Shown: piece after piece, positions 1 to 9,863 of the stretch
Layout: each line of letters opens with the position of its first letter
Position numbering within the stretch: the stretch's first letter is position 1
NCBI GenBank assembly: GCA_040399185.1
Contig: JBBASQ010000001.1
Span: 80,645-144,644, forward strand
Direction of reading: 5' to 3'
DNA from: Prochlorococcaceae cyanobacterium
GTDB lineage: Bacteria > Cyanobacteriota > Cyanobacteriia > PCC-6307 > Cyanobiaceae
Length of the DNA: 64,000 nucleotides
Notes under the pieces: generated by a model
What the model saw: only the letters and a program-made list of their open reading frames with translations
Databases searched by the model: none
What the model was told of the DNA's origin: nothing
Translations under genes and position numbers: made by a program

Positions 1-2
1 AG

Positions 3-506
3 ATGGCGCTTCGCGACGTGCAGGATCTGCTGGCCCTGGAGGAGCGCGGCGACAGCGATCCAGGGGAGCTCGATCTGGCCGTGAGCCAGCTGCAGGAGGC
101 CCTCTTCGGCCTGAACCGCCGAATCCTCAGTGAGCGCAAGGGTGACAGCAACCCGCTCCAGGGCCTGAAAAACACCCTGGGTTCCCTCAAGGACGAGCTC
201 TTCGCTGACGACGACTGGGACGACTGGAATCGCCCCGGCAGTGACCCCTGGGCCAGCCCGCCGCCAAGGCGCGACCCCTGGATCAGCGGCGGGCTGCCGG
301 AGCGGGATCGCTTCGAGGGGGAGCGCCGCTACTCCGGGGAGAGTCGCTTCCCCGACACCGGTTTCAACGGGGGGCGCTCCTACCCCGACGCGCCCAGATA
401 CGACGAACCCAGCCACGATGAGCCGCTCGAGCGGCGACCGGCGGCGGCCCGTCGCATCTCCCCTCCGCCCAGCTGGGATGAGGGAGATCCCTGGGGTGAC
501 ATCTGA
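3..506 (+). CDS. 3' end of a gene entering from upstream; probably the acidic/Pro-rich C-terminal tail of a DnaK-family (DnaK3-type) chaperone
   Basis: The frame is open to the window edge. The stop at 504-506 lies 5 nt before a J-domain gene, the usual dnaK-dnaJ arrangement. No diagnostic motif is visible in the 167 aa, so the product is contextual inference. Confidence 0.4.
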   Translation: MALRDVQDLLALEERGDSDPGELDLAVSQLQEALFGLNRRILSERKGDSNPLQGLKNTLGSLKDELFADDDWDDWNRPGSDPWASPPPRRDPWISGGLPERDRFEGERRYSGESRFPDTGFNGGRSYPDAPRYDEPSHDEPLERRPAAARRISPPPSWDEGDPWGDI

Positions 507-511
507 CCCCG

Positions 512-1468
512 GTGACCTCCACAACCACCCCTGATTACTGGGCGGTGCTGGGACTGGAGCCCGGCGCCGATTCCCAGACCCTCAAACGGGCGTTTCGAGC
601 CCAGGCCCGCCGCTGGCATCCGGACCTCAACGGCAGCGATCCGGTGGCCGAGGAGCGCTTCAAGCTCGTGAACGAGGCCTATGCGGTGCTCTCCGATCCC
701 AAGCGCCGCTCGGTCTGGGAGGCGGGCGAGGCCCAGGAGGGTGCCCCTGCCGGTGATCCCTTCGCCACGGGGTTCCCGGATTTCTTCGACTACCTCGACG
801 CGCTCTACGGCAATGGTCCCCGGCGGCGCCCAGCCGCCCCAGGGACCAGGGACGTCGACGATCACGACGGCGCTGTTCGTTCCGCGCCGCAGGAGGGTCG
901 CGGCGGCACCCAGCCCCCTGAGCCAGAACCGTTCCGTGGGGTCACCCATGCGCCGCCCCCACCGCCGCCGGTGACCGCCACCAGCGATGAAGAAACGGTG
1001 GTGGAGCTCGCGCCGGAGCAGGCCCTGGCGGGCGAGCGCGTGGAACTGGTGCTGCGCGATGGCACCTGCGTGGAGGTGTGGACGCCCCCCCTGGCCGGAG
1101 ATGGTTGGCGCCTGCGCCTGGCGGGTGTGGCCCCCGGCGGCGGCGACCACTTCCTGCAGCTGCAGGTGCGCACCCCCGAGGGTCTGCGCATTGACGGTCT
1201 GCGGGTGAACTATCTGCTGGAGCTGGAGCCAGCCGACGCGGTGCTGGGCTGCAGCGTGGCGGTGCCCACCCTGGAAGGTCCCGTTACCCTCCAGGTGCCG
1301 CCTGCCTCGTCGAGTGGTCGGTTGTTGCGCCTGCGGGGGCGGGGGCTGCACTGGGGCGATCGCAGCGGCGATCAGTACGTGGAGATCCGAGTGGTGGTGC
1401 CCGACCACCTCGGCGACGACGAACTGGCCCTCTACCGCCGCCTCCGGGAACTCGCCCGGGAGCGATGA
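512..1468 (+). CDS. DnaJ-like co-chaperone (J domain plus DnaJ C-terminal domain, no zinc-finger repeats)
   Basis: GTG start. N-terminal J domain DYWAVLGL...RRWHPDLNG with the HPD motif. The C-terminal beta-domain-like region ends ..GDQYVEIRVVVPDHL... No CxxCxGxG repeats. Confidence 0.85.
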   Translation: MTSTTTPDYWAVLGLEPGADSQTLKRAFRAQARRWHPDLNGSDPVAEERFKLVNEAYAVLSDPKRRSVWEAGEAQEGAPAGDPFATGFPDFFDYLDALYGNGPRRRPAAPGTRDVDDHDGAVRSAPQEGRGGTQPPEPEPFRGVTHAPPPPPPVTATSDEETVVELAPEQALAGERVELVLRDGTCVEVWTPPLAGDGWRLRLAGVAPGGGDHFLQLQVRTPEGLRIDGLRVNYLLELEPADAVLGCSVAVPTLEGPVTLQVPPASSSGRLLRLRGRGLHWGDRSGDQYVEIRVVVPDHLGDDELALYRRLRELARER

Positions 1469-1504
1469 CACACTGAGAACCCCCTTGATCCATCGCCAGA
1501 TCCC

Positions 1505-1933
1505 ATGACGGTGCACGTGCTTCTCTTCGACGCGGGCAGCGACCAGGAAGGGATCCACTCGCTGGAACTCAACGGACGCACCGTGGTGCTCCTGTTCGAG
1601 GTGCGCGACGACGCCGAGCGTTATGCCGGCCTGCTCGAAGCCCAGGACTTCCCCACCCCCACGGTGGAGGCCCTCGACCGCGAGGAGATGGAGGCCTTCT
1701 GCCGGGAGGCCGGCTATGAGGCGCGCTTCGTGCCCGGGGGTTTCCTGCCCCAGACGGCCGAAGACCGCCTGTTACTGGCTCCCCCCGAGCACAACATGGA
1801 CGTGACCAACTGGCAGGAGGAGTCGGATACCCCACTCCCCGAGGCTCCTGTGGCGGAACGGGATCCCGAGCCGATCAGCTCCGGGGATCCGGAACTGGAG
1901 GCCTTCCGCCGCCAGCTGGAGGGGCTGCTGTGA
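1505..1933 (+). CDS. Small acidic conserved cyanobacterial/plastid-type protein (DUF3110-like, from memory)
   Basis: 142-aa ORF starting 36 nt after the dnaJ-like stop, N-terminus MTVHVLLFDAGSDQEGIHSLEL... High third-position GC. Its stop overlaps the next gene's start (GTGA). Confidence 0.65.
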   Translation: MTVHVLLFDAGSDQEGIHSLELNGRTVVLLFEVRDDAERYAGLLEAQDFPTPTVEALDREEMEAFCREAGYEARFVPGGFLPQTAEDRLLLAPPEHNMDVTNWQEESDTPLPEAPVAERDPEPISSGDPELEAFRRQLEGLL

Positions 1934-2874
1934 GCGCCGCCCCGGGCGACCGCGGCCACCTGCTCACCGAACAGCCCAACCCCGCCAGCGCCGAACTCGA
2001 CCAGCTGCCCACCGACCAGTTGGTGGCGCTCTTTGTGGAGAACGATCTCCAGGCCCAGCAGGCCGTGGCGGGTGCCGCGCTCCAACTCACGGCGGCCGTG
2101 GATGGGATCGCCAAGCGGCTGGGCCAGGGCGGCCGTCTCTTCTATCTCGGTGCCGGCACGTCCGGCCGGCTCGGGGTGCTGGATGCCGCCGAATGCCCCC
2201 CCACCTTCTGCAGCGACCCCCAGCTGGTGCAGGGCGTGTTGGCTGGCGGTGCCCCAGCTTTGCTGCGCAGCTCCGAGGGGCTGGAGGATCTCTTTGAGGC
2301 GGGCCGGGAGGATCTGGAAGCCCGGGGCTTTCGTGCGGCCGACTGCCTGGTGGGCATCGCCGCCGGCGGCACCACCCCCTACGTGCATGGCGGCCTGAAC
2401 CACGCCCGTTCCATCGGCGCCCTGGCCATCGCGATGGCCTGTGTGCCGGCCGAGCAGGCTCCGATGCCCTGCGACATTGACATCCGCCTGCTCACCGGCC
2501 CTGAACTGCTCACCGGCTCCACCCGGCTCAAGGCCGGAACGGCCACCAAGATGGCCCTCAACATCCTCAGCACCGGCGTGATGGTGCGCCTGGGCAAGGT
2601 GCACGGCAACCGCATGGTGGATGTGGCCGTCACCAACACCAAGCTCGAAGATCGGGCCCTGCGCATCCTGCGCGACCTGGCCGGTGTGGAGCGGAGCCGT
2701 GGTGCCGAGCTGCTCCAGCAGAGCGATGGCTCGGTGAAGCTGGCCCTGCTGATGGCCGCCACCGGGATGGGCGCCGCTGAAGCCCGGTTGACCTTGGCCA
2801 GCCACGGGCCAGGGCTGCGTTCAGCCCTGGCCGCTTGCGGCGCCGAGCTTCAGCCCTCGAACGGTCCCCAGTAG
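1930..2874 (+). CDS. murQ: N-acetylmuramic acid 6-phosphate etherase
   Basis: SIS-domain signature [24 protein letters not shown] and MurQ-like length (314 aa). Confidence 0.85.
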   Translation: MSAAPGDRGHLLTEQPNPASAELDQLPTDQLVALFVENDLQAQQAVAGAALQLTAAVDGIAKRLGQGGRLFYLGAGTSGRLGVLDAAECPPTFCSDPQLVQGVLAGGAPALLRSSEGLEDLFEAGREDLEARGFRAADCLVGIAAGGTTPYVHGGLNHARSIGALAIAMACVPAEQAPMPCDIDIRLLTGPELLTGSTRLKAGTATKMALNILSTGVMVRLGKVHGNRMVDVAVTNTKLEDRALRILRDLAGVERSRGAELLQQSDGSVKLALLMAATGMGAAEARLTLASHGPGLRSALAACGAELQPSNGPQ

Positions 2875-3779
2875 GGGGCGGTGAACAGCTCCACCCGGCG
2901 GCGGGTGAGGTCGGGCACATGCTCCTTGGGGGTCATCAACGCATTGCGCAGGGCGCTGTGGAACCCACTGGCCGGCCGCATGGCGGCGATCCGTTCGGCG
3001 GCAGCCCGCACGATCGTTTGGGCCAGGGTGGCATTGGCCCGCAGGTTGTCGATCACCATCTCCACGGTCACCGAGTCGTGCTCCTGGTGCCAGCAGTCGT
3101 AGTCGGTGACCATCGCCAAGGTGCTGTAGGCCATCTCGGCTTCCCGGGCCAGCCGGGCCTCGGTGTGGTTGGTCATGCCGATCACGTCGCAACCCCAGCT
3201 GCGGTAGAGCTCCGATTCCGCCCGGGTGGAGAAGGCCGGACCTTCCATGCAGAGGTAGGTGCCGCCCCGGTGCAGGTGCCGCCCCTCGGGCATCAGGCTT
3301 TCGCCCACGTCCGCCAGGATGCGGCTGAGCACCGGGCAGAACGGATCGGCCATGGTGATGTGGGCCACCACGCCCTCGCCGAAGAAGGTGAGCGGCCGCT
3401 GGTGGGTGCGATCGATGAATTGATCGGGCACCACCATGTCGAGCGGGGCCAGGTGCTGCTGCAGCGAACCCACCGCCGACACCGACAGGATCCAGCGCAC
3501 GTTCAGGGAGCGCAGGGCCCAGAGATTGGCCTGAAACGGCACCTCGGTGGGCGTGTAGCTGTGGTGACGGCCATGGCGGGCCAGGAACACCACCTCCATC
3601 TCACCAATCCGTCCGAGCCGCAGGCTGTCCGAGGGCTTGCCGTAGGGCGTGTCCACCTCCAGCTCCCGCAGATCCTCCAGCCCCTCCATGGCATAGAGGC
3701 CACTGCCCCCGAGGATCCCCAGGCGGGCGCCGCCCAGGTCTGGGGTGCTGCTGGGGCTGGGGGAATCGGAGGCGCTCAT
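2850..3779 (-). CDS. mtnP: S-methyl-5'-thioadenosine phosphorylase
   Basis: [11 protein letters not shown]... and a purine/MTA phosphorylase core. ATG at 3779 (alternative ATG at 3806). The upstream part of the 458-aa track ORF is antisense to the PPIase gene. Confidence 0.85.
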   Translation of the reverse strand: MSASDSPSPSSTPDLGGARLGILGGSGLYAMEGLEDLRELEVDTPYGKPSDSLRLGRIGEMEVVFLARHGRHHSYTPTEVPFQANLWALRSLNVRWILSVSAVGSLQQHLAPLDMVVPDQFIDRTHQRPLTFFGEGVVAHITMADPFCPVLSRILADVGESLMPEGRHLHRGGTYLCMEGPAFSTRAESELYRSWGCDVIGMTNHTEARLAREAEMAYSTLAMVTDYDCWHQEHDSVTVEMVIDNLRANATLAQTIVRAAAERIAAMRPASGFHSALRNALMTPKEHVPDLTRRRVELFTAPYWGPFEG

Positions 3780-3872
3780 CGGCACGGGGGACGGATCTGC
3801 GGCCATTCTCCCGGTGCGCTTTCCCCCATACAGTGCGCCTTTCGTGACGCCCTTCCCGTGACTAAAGCGCTG

Positions 3873-4298
3873 ATGGAGACCGACGCCGGCACCATCGAGC
3901 TGGAGCTCTTCGACGCTGACGCCCCCAACACCGTGGCCAACTTCGTGAAGCTGGCCAATGACGGCTTTTACGACGGTCTGGCTTTTCACCGCGTGATCCC
4001 CGGCTTCATGGCCCAGGGCGGCTGCCCCAACAGCCGTGAGGGCGCCCGCGGCATGGCCGGTACCGGTGGCCCCGGCTACACCATCGACTGCGAGATCAAC
4101 GGCCAGAAGCACCAGGCCGGCACCCTGGCCATGGCCCACGCCGGGCGCAACACCGGTGGCTCCCAGTTCTACATCTGCCACGAAGCCCAGCCCCACCTCG
4201 ATGGCGTGCACACCGTGTTCGGTCACACCGGAAACATGGATGTGGTGCTCGCCCTCAAGAACGGCAGCCGCATCACCAAGGTGACCATCCAGGGCTGA
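3873..4298 (+). CDS. Peptidyl-prolyl cis-trans isomerase, cyclophilin type
   Basis: 141 aa with [13 protein letters not shown] and GSQFYI motifs. ATG at 3873 lies inside a longer spurious track ORF. Confidence 0.9.
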   Translation: METDAGTIELELFDADAPNTVANFVKLANDGFYDGLAFHRVIPGFMAQGGCPNSREGARGMAGTGGPGYTIDCEINGQKHQAGTLAMAHAGRNTGGSQFYICHEAQPHLDGVHTVFGHTGNMDVVLALKNGSRITKVTIQG

Positions 4299-4307
4299 GC
4301 TCAGCCC
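4292..4307. other. 16-nt perfect palindrome GGGCTGAG/CTCAGCCC containing both convergent stop codons (PPIase TGA, ribBA TGA on the minus strand)
   Basis: Read directly at 4292-4307. It could fold as a short hairpin in either transcript. No U-tract follows. Confidence 0.4.
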
Positions 4308-5956
4308 CAGATGATCAGGGCCTCGGCATCGAGCCGCAGGCCCTTGGCCGCCCCAGCCCCCAGCTCCGCCAGGGGCCGCTGTTCCTCGCTGAGGTCGGCG
4401 GGGGGATGGGCCCCGCGCTTGCCATCGGGTGCCAGCAGCAGCCCCACGCTGCGGGTGCCCGGCCAGCGCGCGATGTGATCGAGCGCCGCCACGAGACGGT
4501 CCCCGTCGAGCTGTTCACCCTCCACACCGGTGATGCGCACCAGCAGCTGGGGTTGGTTGAGCAGGGCCCGGGGTCTGGGGTCGTCGTCGCGCTCCAGCAG
4601 GAGCCCCCGCGCTTCTGCCCAGCCCTGCAGCTCCTGCAGTAACCCCTGGGCATGGCCGGCCTCCAGCTCCCCCTGCCAACCCACCACGGCCATCGGGCTG
4701 AGCGGACAGCTGGGGCCGCTTTCCATCAGATGGCCCAGCTTGATGCGCTTGGCCTGGAGATAGGCCGCGTTGTACTCCCCTGCATCCATCACCAGGGGCA
4801 CCCGGTCTTCCACCTGCAGGCCGTAGCCCCCCAGACCGGCGATCTTGCGGGGGTTGTTGGTGATCAGCCGCAACCGGTGTACCCCCAGGTCGCTCAGAAT
4901 CTGGGCGCCCACGCCGTAGTTGCGCAGGTCGGCCGGGAAGCCCAGACGCTCGTTGGCCTCCACGGTGTCGAGCCCCGTGTCCTGCAGCGAATAGGCCTTG
5001 AGCTTGTTGATCAGGCCGATGCCGCGACCTTCCTGCCGCAGATACACCACCACGCCCTCACCGGCCTGCTCGATCATCCGCAGGGCCGCTTCGAGCTGGG
5101 GGCGGCAGTCGCAGCGCAGGGAGCCGAAGGCGTCGCCGGTGAGGCACTCGCTGTGCACCCGCACCAGCACAGGCCCGCTGGCGGTTTCGGGATGGCCCTT
5201 CACGATGGCCACGTGCTCGCTGCCATCCAGCTCGTTGCGGTAGCCGATGGCGCGGAAGTCGCCGAAGGCGCTGGGCAGGGCGGCCTCGGCCTGGCGCCGC
5301 ACAAATCGCTCGGTGTCGAGCCGGTAGCGGATCAGATCGGCGATTGAAATCAGCCGCAGCCCATGGCGCTGGGCGTAGGGCACCAGCTGGGGGAGCCGGG
5401 CCATGGAGCCATCGGTGTTCTGGATCTCGCAGATCACCCCGGAGGGATACAGGCCCGCCAGCCGGGCCAGATCCACGGCCGCTTCGGTGTGGCCAGCGCG
5501 CTTGAGTACGCCGCCGTCGCGGGCCCGCAGCGGAAAGATATGGCCCGGTCGGCGCAGGTCGTCGGGCCGGGTGTCGGGATGGATTGCCACCTGAATCGTG
5601 CGGGCCCGATCTTCCGCCGAAATCCCCGTGCTCACCCCGTTTTCGGGCCCCGCATCCACGCTCACGGTGAAGGCGGTTTGGTTGTCGTCGGTGTTCCGAT
5701 CCACCATCAGCGGCAGATCGAGCGCATCCAGTCGCTCGCCCTCCATGGCCAGGCAGATCAGGCCCCGGGCCTCGGTGGCCATGAAGTTGATCTGCTGCGG
5801 CGTGGCGAACTGGGCCGCGCAGATCAGATCGCCCTCGTTTTCACGGTTCTCGTCATCCACCACCACCACCATCTCGCCGTTGCGGATGGCGGCGAGCGCA
5901 TCGGCGATCGCATCGAACTGGACTGGGTCGGGGGAGACGTCGCGGGTGACGGTCAA
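4301..5956 (-). CDS. ribBA: Bifunctional 3,4-dihydroxy-2-butanone-4-phosphate synthase / GTP cyclohydrolase II with a ~140-aa C-terminal extension
   Basis: RibB motifs ([17 protein letters not shown]) followed by RibA motifs ([26 protein letters not shown]). I prefer the TTG at 5956. The track ORF start at 6061 would overlap the divergent argC start and sits upstream of a TATAAA box. Confidence 0.85.
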   Translation of the reverse strand: MTVTRDVSPDPVQFDAIADALAAIRNGEMVVVVDDENRENEGDLICAAQFATPQQINFMATEARGLICLAMEGERLDALDLPLMVDRNTDDNQTAFTVSVDAGPENGVSTGISAEDRARTIQVAIHPDTRPDDLRRPGHIFPLRARDGGVLKRAGHTEAAVDLARLAGLYPSGVICEIQNTDGSMARLPQLVPYAQRHGLRLISIADLIRYRLDTERFVRRQAEAALPSAFGDFRAIGYRNELDGSEHVAIVKGHPETASGPVLVRVHSECLTGDAFGSLRCDCRPQLEAALRMIEQAGEGVVVYLRQEGRGIGLINKLKAYSLQDTGLDTVEANERLGFPADLRNYGVGAQILSDLGVHRLRLITNNPRKIAGLGGYGLQVEDRVPLVMDAGEYNAAYLQAKRIKLGHLMESGPSCPLSPMAVVGWQGELEAGHAQGLLQELQGWAEARGLLLERDDDPRPRALLNQPQLLVRITGVEGEQLDGDRLVAALDHIARWPGTRSVGLLLAPDGKRGAHPPADLSEEQRPLAELGAGAAKGLRLDAEALIIWG

Positions 5957-5995
5957 GGCAGGCGATCCCGGCCCATGGCCTGATGGCAAGGATCC

Positions 5996-6003
5996 TTTAT
6001 AAA
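5996..6003. promoter_or_regulatory. Palindromic TTTATAAA box in the ribBA/argC divergent gap; candidate -10 element usable in both directions
   Basis: The only AT-rich octamer in the ~80-bp gap. It lies 33 nt upstream of the argC ATG (6036) and 40 nt upstream of the ribBA TTG (5956). No good -35 was seen. Confidence 0.3.
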
Positions 6004-6035
6004 GCCCGGGTCGTTCCGGCTTGCCCCACGCCCCC

Positions 6036-7115
6036 ATGGCCAGCACACCCCAGCCAGGCAAACGGGTCGCGGTGATCGGGGCCAGCGGCTATGGCGGCCT
6101 GCAGACCCTGCGGCTGCTGCAGGGCCATCCCGAGCTGGCCGTCACCTTCCTGGGGGGCGAGCGCAGCAGTGGCAAGCGCTGGAGTGAGCTCACCCCGTTT
6201 CTGCCCCTCCCGGACGACCCGGTGGTGCAGACCCCCGATCCCGACGCGATCGCAGCGGCCGCCGACCTGGCTGTGCTGAGCCTGCCCAATGGGCTGGCAG
6301 CCCAGTTGGCTCCTCCCCTGTTGGAGCGGGGCGTGAAGGTGGTGGACCTCTCCGCCGATTACCGCTATCGATCCCTGGCCCAGTGGCAGGAGGTGTATGC
6401 GGCGGAGGCCCGCCAGGTGCCCCGCAGCGACACCCACCTCTGCACCGAAGCGGTGTATGGCCTGGTGGAGTGGGAAGAGGCCCGCATCCGCGATGCCCGG
6501 TTGGTGGCCGCCCCTGGTTGCTTCCCCACCGCCAGCCTGCTGGCGCTGCTGCCCTTCCTGAAGCAGGGGCTGATCGAGCTCGGCGGCATCGTGATCGACG
6601 CCAAGACGGGCACCTCCGGCGGTGGCCGTGCCGCCAAGGAGCACCTGCTACTGGCCGAGGCCTCCGAGGCGGTGGCCCCTTACGGGGTGGTGGGCCACCG
6701 CCACACCAGCGAAATCGAACAGATCGCTGGCGCTGTGGCAGGGCAGCCGATCCAGCTGCAGTTCACCCCCCACCTGATGCCGATGGTGCGCGGACTGCTG
6801 GCCACCGTGTATTGCCGGCTGCGGGATCCCGGGCTCACCGCCGAAGACTGCACCACCCTGATCCGCGCCGCTTACCGCCACGCCCCCTGCGTGGAAGTGC
6901 TGCCGGTAGGCACCTACCCCTCCACCAAGTGGGTGCGCCAGACCAACCGCGCCCTGATCTCGGTGCAGGTGGATTCCCGCACGGGCCAGCTGATCCTGAT
7001 GAGCGCCATCGACAACCTGGTGAAAGGTCAGGCCGGCCAGGGCGTGCAGTGCCTCAATCTGTTGGCGGGTCTGGAGGCCACCACCGGCCTGCCGCTGTTG
7101 CCCTTCTACCCCTAA
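6036..7115 (+). CDS. argC: N-acetyl-gamma-glutamyl-phosphate reductase
   Basis: [14 protein letters not shown]-binding N-terminus and active-site region [11 protein letters not shown] at 6036. Confidence 0.9.
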   Translation: MASTPQPGKRVAVIGASGYGGLQTLRLLQGHPELAVTFLGGERSSGKRWSELTPFLPLPDDPVVQTPDPDAIAAAADLAVLSLPNGLAAQLAPPLLERGVKVVDLSADYRYRSLAQWQEVYAAEARQVPRSDTHLCTEAVYGLVEWEEARIRDARLVAAPGCFPTASLLALLPFLKQGLIELGGIVIDAKTGTSGGGRAAKEHLLLAEASEAVAPYGVVGHRHTSEIEQIAGAVAGQPIQLQFTPHLMPMVRGLLATVYCRLRDPGLTAEDCTTLIRAAYRHAPCVEVLPVGTYPSTKWVRQTNRALISVQVDSRTGQLILMSAIDNLVKGQAGQGVQCLNLLAGLEATTGLPLLPFYP

Positions 7116-7780
7116 AGCAGGCCTAGGCGCTCGGCCGCCAGCGCCACCCCCAGGGGCAGGACGCGGTGCTCCTGCCCGTGGATCCGGGCGCTGAGCGAGG
7201 CGTGGTCGTCGTCGGGCAACACCGGCACGGCCGCCTGCACAAGGATCTGCCCCGCATCCACCTCTTCGCTCACCAGGTGGGCGGTGCAGCCGGCGAGGGT
7301 GACCCCCGCCGCCAGGGCCTGGCCCACCGCATCCATGCCCCGGAAGCTGGGTAGCAGGGACGGATGGATGTTCACCAGCCGCTCGGGAAAGGCCCCGATC
7401 AGCGTGGGGGTGACGATTCGCATCCAGCCCGCCATCACCACCAGATCCACTGACGCTGCGCGAAAGCTGGCGATCAGGGCGCGATCCAGGGCCTCCCGAT
7501 TCGGAAAGCTGCGGTGGTTGTGCAGCTGGCAGGGGATGCCGAGGCGCCGGGCCCGGTCACTGGCACCGCAGCCCGGGTTGTTCACCACCAGCAGGGCCAC
7601 CTCCGCCGGGAGCTGCCCCTGGCGGCAGGCCATCGCCACGGCTTCGAAGTTGCTGCCGCTGCCGGAGGCCATCACCCCCAGGCGCAGCCGCTGGCCTGCT
7701 GGGGGCAGCGGGCTCGCTGTCTGTGCGATCGGCCACTGGACGGCCAGCCCGCGATCGCTAGGGTCGTTCAAAGCGGGCAT
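7112..7780 (-). CDS. purN: Phosphoribosylglycinamide formyltransferase
   Basis: VMASGSGSNFEA and NIHPSLLPSFRG motifs. ATG at 7780 gives 222 aa. The rest of the 356-aa track ORF is antisense to ycf35. Confidence 0.9.
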   Translation of the reverse strand: MPALNDPSDRGLAVQWPIAQTASPLPPAGQRLRLGVMASGSGSNFEAVAMACRQGQLPAEVALLVVNNPGCGASDRARRLGIPCQLHNHRSFPNREALDRALIASFRAASVDLVVMAGWMRIVTPTLIGAFPERLVNIHPSLLPSFRGMDAVGQALAAGVTLAGCTAHLVSEEVDAGQILVQAAVPVLPDDDHASLSARIHGQEHRVLPLGVALAAERLGLL

Positions 7781-7786
7781 TCGGCC

Positions 7787-8143
7787 ATGTCCCACCTGTC
7801 CATCCTGCCAACCGTGCTCCGCGATGCCGACCTGCTGGCCGCGAGCCTCCAGGCCCTGGGCCATCAGCCCCAGTGGGGGGGCGAGCTCCGCGGGTTCGCC
7901 GACGACCGCCGCACGGTTCTGCTCCAGGTGCGGCTGCCGGAGGGTTTGAGCATTGGCTGGAGCCGCCAGAGCGACGGTTCCCTCGCCCTGGTGGGTGATC
8001 TCCAGCGTCTGAGCCGTTCGCGCTCGCTGCAGTCGCTGCTGGGCCGGCTCACCCGCCACTACGCCGCCCAGCAGGCGCTGCGGGATGCCGGCCGCGATCT
8101 GCAGGGGGCCGCGGTGCTCTTCGATTCCCCGCTGGCGGTCTGA
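7787..8143 (+). CDS. ycf35: Ycf35-like protein (DUF1257)
   Basis: 118 aa starting MSHLSILPTVLRDADLLAASLQALGH.., which matches my memory of the Ycf35 N-terminus. Confidence 0.7.
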   Translation: MSHLSILPTVLRDADLLAASLQALGHQPQWGGELRGFADDRRTVLLQVRLPEGLSIGWSRQSDGSLALVGDLQRLSRSRSLQSLLGRLTRHYAAQQALRDAGRDLQGAAVLFDSPLAV

Positions 8144-8156
8144 GCTCCGCGCGTCC

Positions 8157-9863
8157 GTGCCCCACCTCGCGATCCGCCTCACCGAACCGCACCGTCAACT
8201 GGTGCAGGTTCGCCTCCAACACCAGCCCCAGCGTCCCCAGCTCCGGTTCGCCCTGCCCCAGTGGACGCCGGGCTCCTACCTGATCCGCAACTACGTGCGC
8301 CGGCTTGAAGGGCTGGAGTTGTGGCAGTCGGGCCAGTCCGTTGGGCTCCGCCGCACCGGCGTGGCCAGTTGGGAAGCGGAGCTGGTTTCACTGGAGCCGA
8401 TCGAGCTTCGCTACGGCTTGGTGGCGCCGGAGCTCACCGTGCGCACCTGCCATCTCACGGTGGACCACGGTTTTCTGGCCCTCGCCGCCGTGGCCCTGGA
8501 GATCGAGGGGGAGCGCTGGAGCCCCCACAGCCTGTCGCTGGAGCTGCCGGCCGGCTGGGAGCCGTTCGTGCCCCTGCCTCGCGAGCCCGATGGCCACTGG
8601 CTCGCCGGCGACTTCGACCAGTTGATCGACACCCCGGTGGAGGCGGGGCCCCATCCCAGCCACGGTTTCGCCGTGGCCGGCGTTCCCCACCATTGGGTGG
8701 AGTGGGGCGGTGATCTACCGGCGGAGGATCCGGCCTGGCTGGCGGATGTGGAGCAGGTGTGCCTGGCCTGCTGCCGCTTGATGGGGGTGGAGCAACCCGC
8801 TGCAGCCAGCTACCTCTTCGTGCTGCACCGCACCGAGAACGGCTATGGCGGCCTGGAGCACGACCTCAGCACGGTGTTGCAGTTTGGCCGCCAGGCCCTG
8901 GCCAAGCCCGACGGGCGCCGCAAGCTGCTGCAGCTGGTGGCCCATGAATACCTCCACCAGTGGAACGTGCGGCGGCTGCGGCCCGCCGAGCTCAGCCCCT
9001 ATGCCTACGGGCAGGCCGTGGTGGTACCCACGCTCTGGTTTGCCGAAGGCGTCACGAGCTATGTGGACCAGCTGCTGCCCCATGCGGCCGGCATCACCAC
9101 TGAAGACGAGGTGCTCGCGGATCTCGGTGCCGATCTGAACCGCTATCTGCTCAGCCCAGGCCGGCGGGTGCAGAGCCTCCGGGCCAGCAGCGAAGAGGCC
9201 TGGGTGAAGCTCTATTTGGCCGACGCCCACAGCGCCAGCAGCCAGATCAGCTACTACCTCAAGGGAGCCGTGCTGGCGCTGGTGCTGGATCTGCGGCTGC
9301 GGCAGCGGGGCAGCGGTTTACCGGCGGTGCTGCAGGCCCTCTGGCGCAGCCACGGGGCGCTGGGCCGGGGCTACACCGAAGCCGATCTGATCGCGGCGTT
9401 CAGCCGCCATGATCCGGAGCTGGTGCAGCTGCTGCCCGCCTGGCTCGCCGCCACCGACGATCCGCCGCTGCACGAAGCCCTGGCCGTGGTGGGGCTGCGG
9501 CTGAAGCCTGAAACGGCGTCCTCCCCCTGGGTGGGTTGGCAGCTTGAGCTGCAGGCGGGGGTGCTGGCCGTGAAGCGGCTGGAGCGGGATTCCCCAGCCC
9601 AGCAGGCCGGGCTCACTGTGGGGGATGAGCTGCTCGCCCTCGACGGCTGCCGGTTGCGGGCTCCGGAGCACGCCGAGCGGGAACTGAAGCGGCTACCCGG
9701 CCAGGAGCGGGAGCTGCTCTGGGTGCGCGATGGCCTGGTGCGCCGCACCCTGCTGCAACCCCAGGAGCCCGCGGTGGAGCGCTGGGTGCTGGAGCGGGAT
9801 CCTGGGGCCCCAGCCGGCACGGCGACCCAGCGGGCGGCCTGGCTGCAGCTGGCGATCCGATGA
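8157..9863 (+). CDS. M61-family glycyl aminopeptidase with C-terminal PDZ domain
   Basis: HEYLHQWN zinc motif and a PDZ-like GLTVGDELLALDG. I prefer the GTG at 8157 because the track start at 8085 overlaps ycf35. Confidence 0.8.
   Translation: MPHLAIRLTEPHRQLVQVRLQHQPQRPQLRFALPQWTPGSYLIRNYVRRLEGLELWQSGQSVGLRRTGVASWEAELVSLEPIELRYGLVAPELTVRTCHLTVDHGFLALAAVALEIEGERWSPHSLSLELPAGWEPFVPLPREPDGHWLAGDFDQLIDTPVEAGPHPSHGFAVAGVPHHWVEWGGDLPAEDPAWLADVEQVCLACCRLMGVEQPAAASYLFVLHRTENGYGGLEHDLSTVLQFGRQALAKPDGRRKLLQLVAHEYLHQWNVRRLRPAELSPYAYGQAVVVPTLWFAEGVTSYVDQLLPHAAGITTEDEVLADLGADLNRYLLSPGRRVQSLRASSEEAWVKLYLADAHSASSQISYYLKGAVLALVLDLRLRQRGSGLPAVLQALWRSHGALGRGYTEADLIAAFSRHDPELVQLLPAWLAATDDPPLHEALAVVGLRLKPETASSPWVGWQLELQAGVLAVKRLERDSPAQQAGLTVGDELLALDGCRLRAPEHAERELKRLPGQERELLWVRDGLVRRTLLQPQEPAVERWVLERDPGAPAGTATQRAAWLQLAIR

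Noticed and set aside
241-534. Short overlapping alternative-frame ORFs throughout the track (for example 241-534, 681-974, 987-1208).
   Set aside because: They are nested within better-supported genes in other frames and show no independent support.
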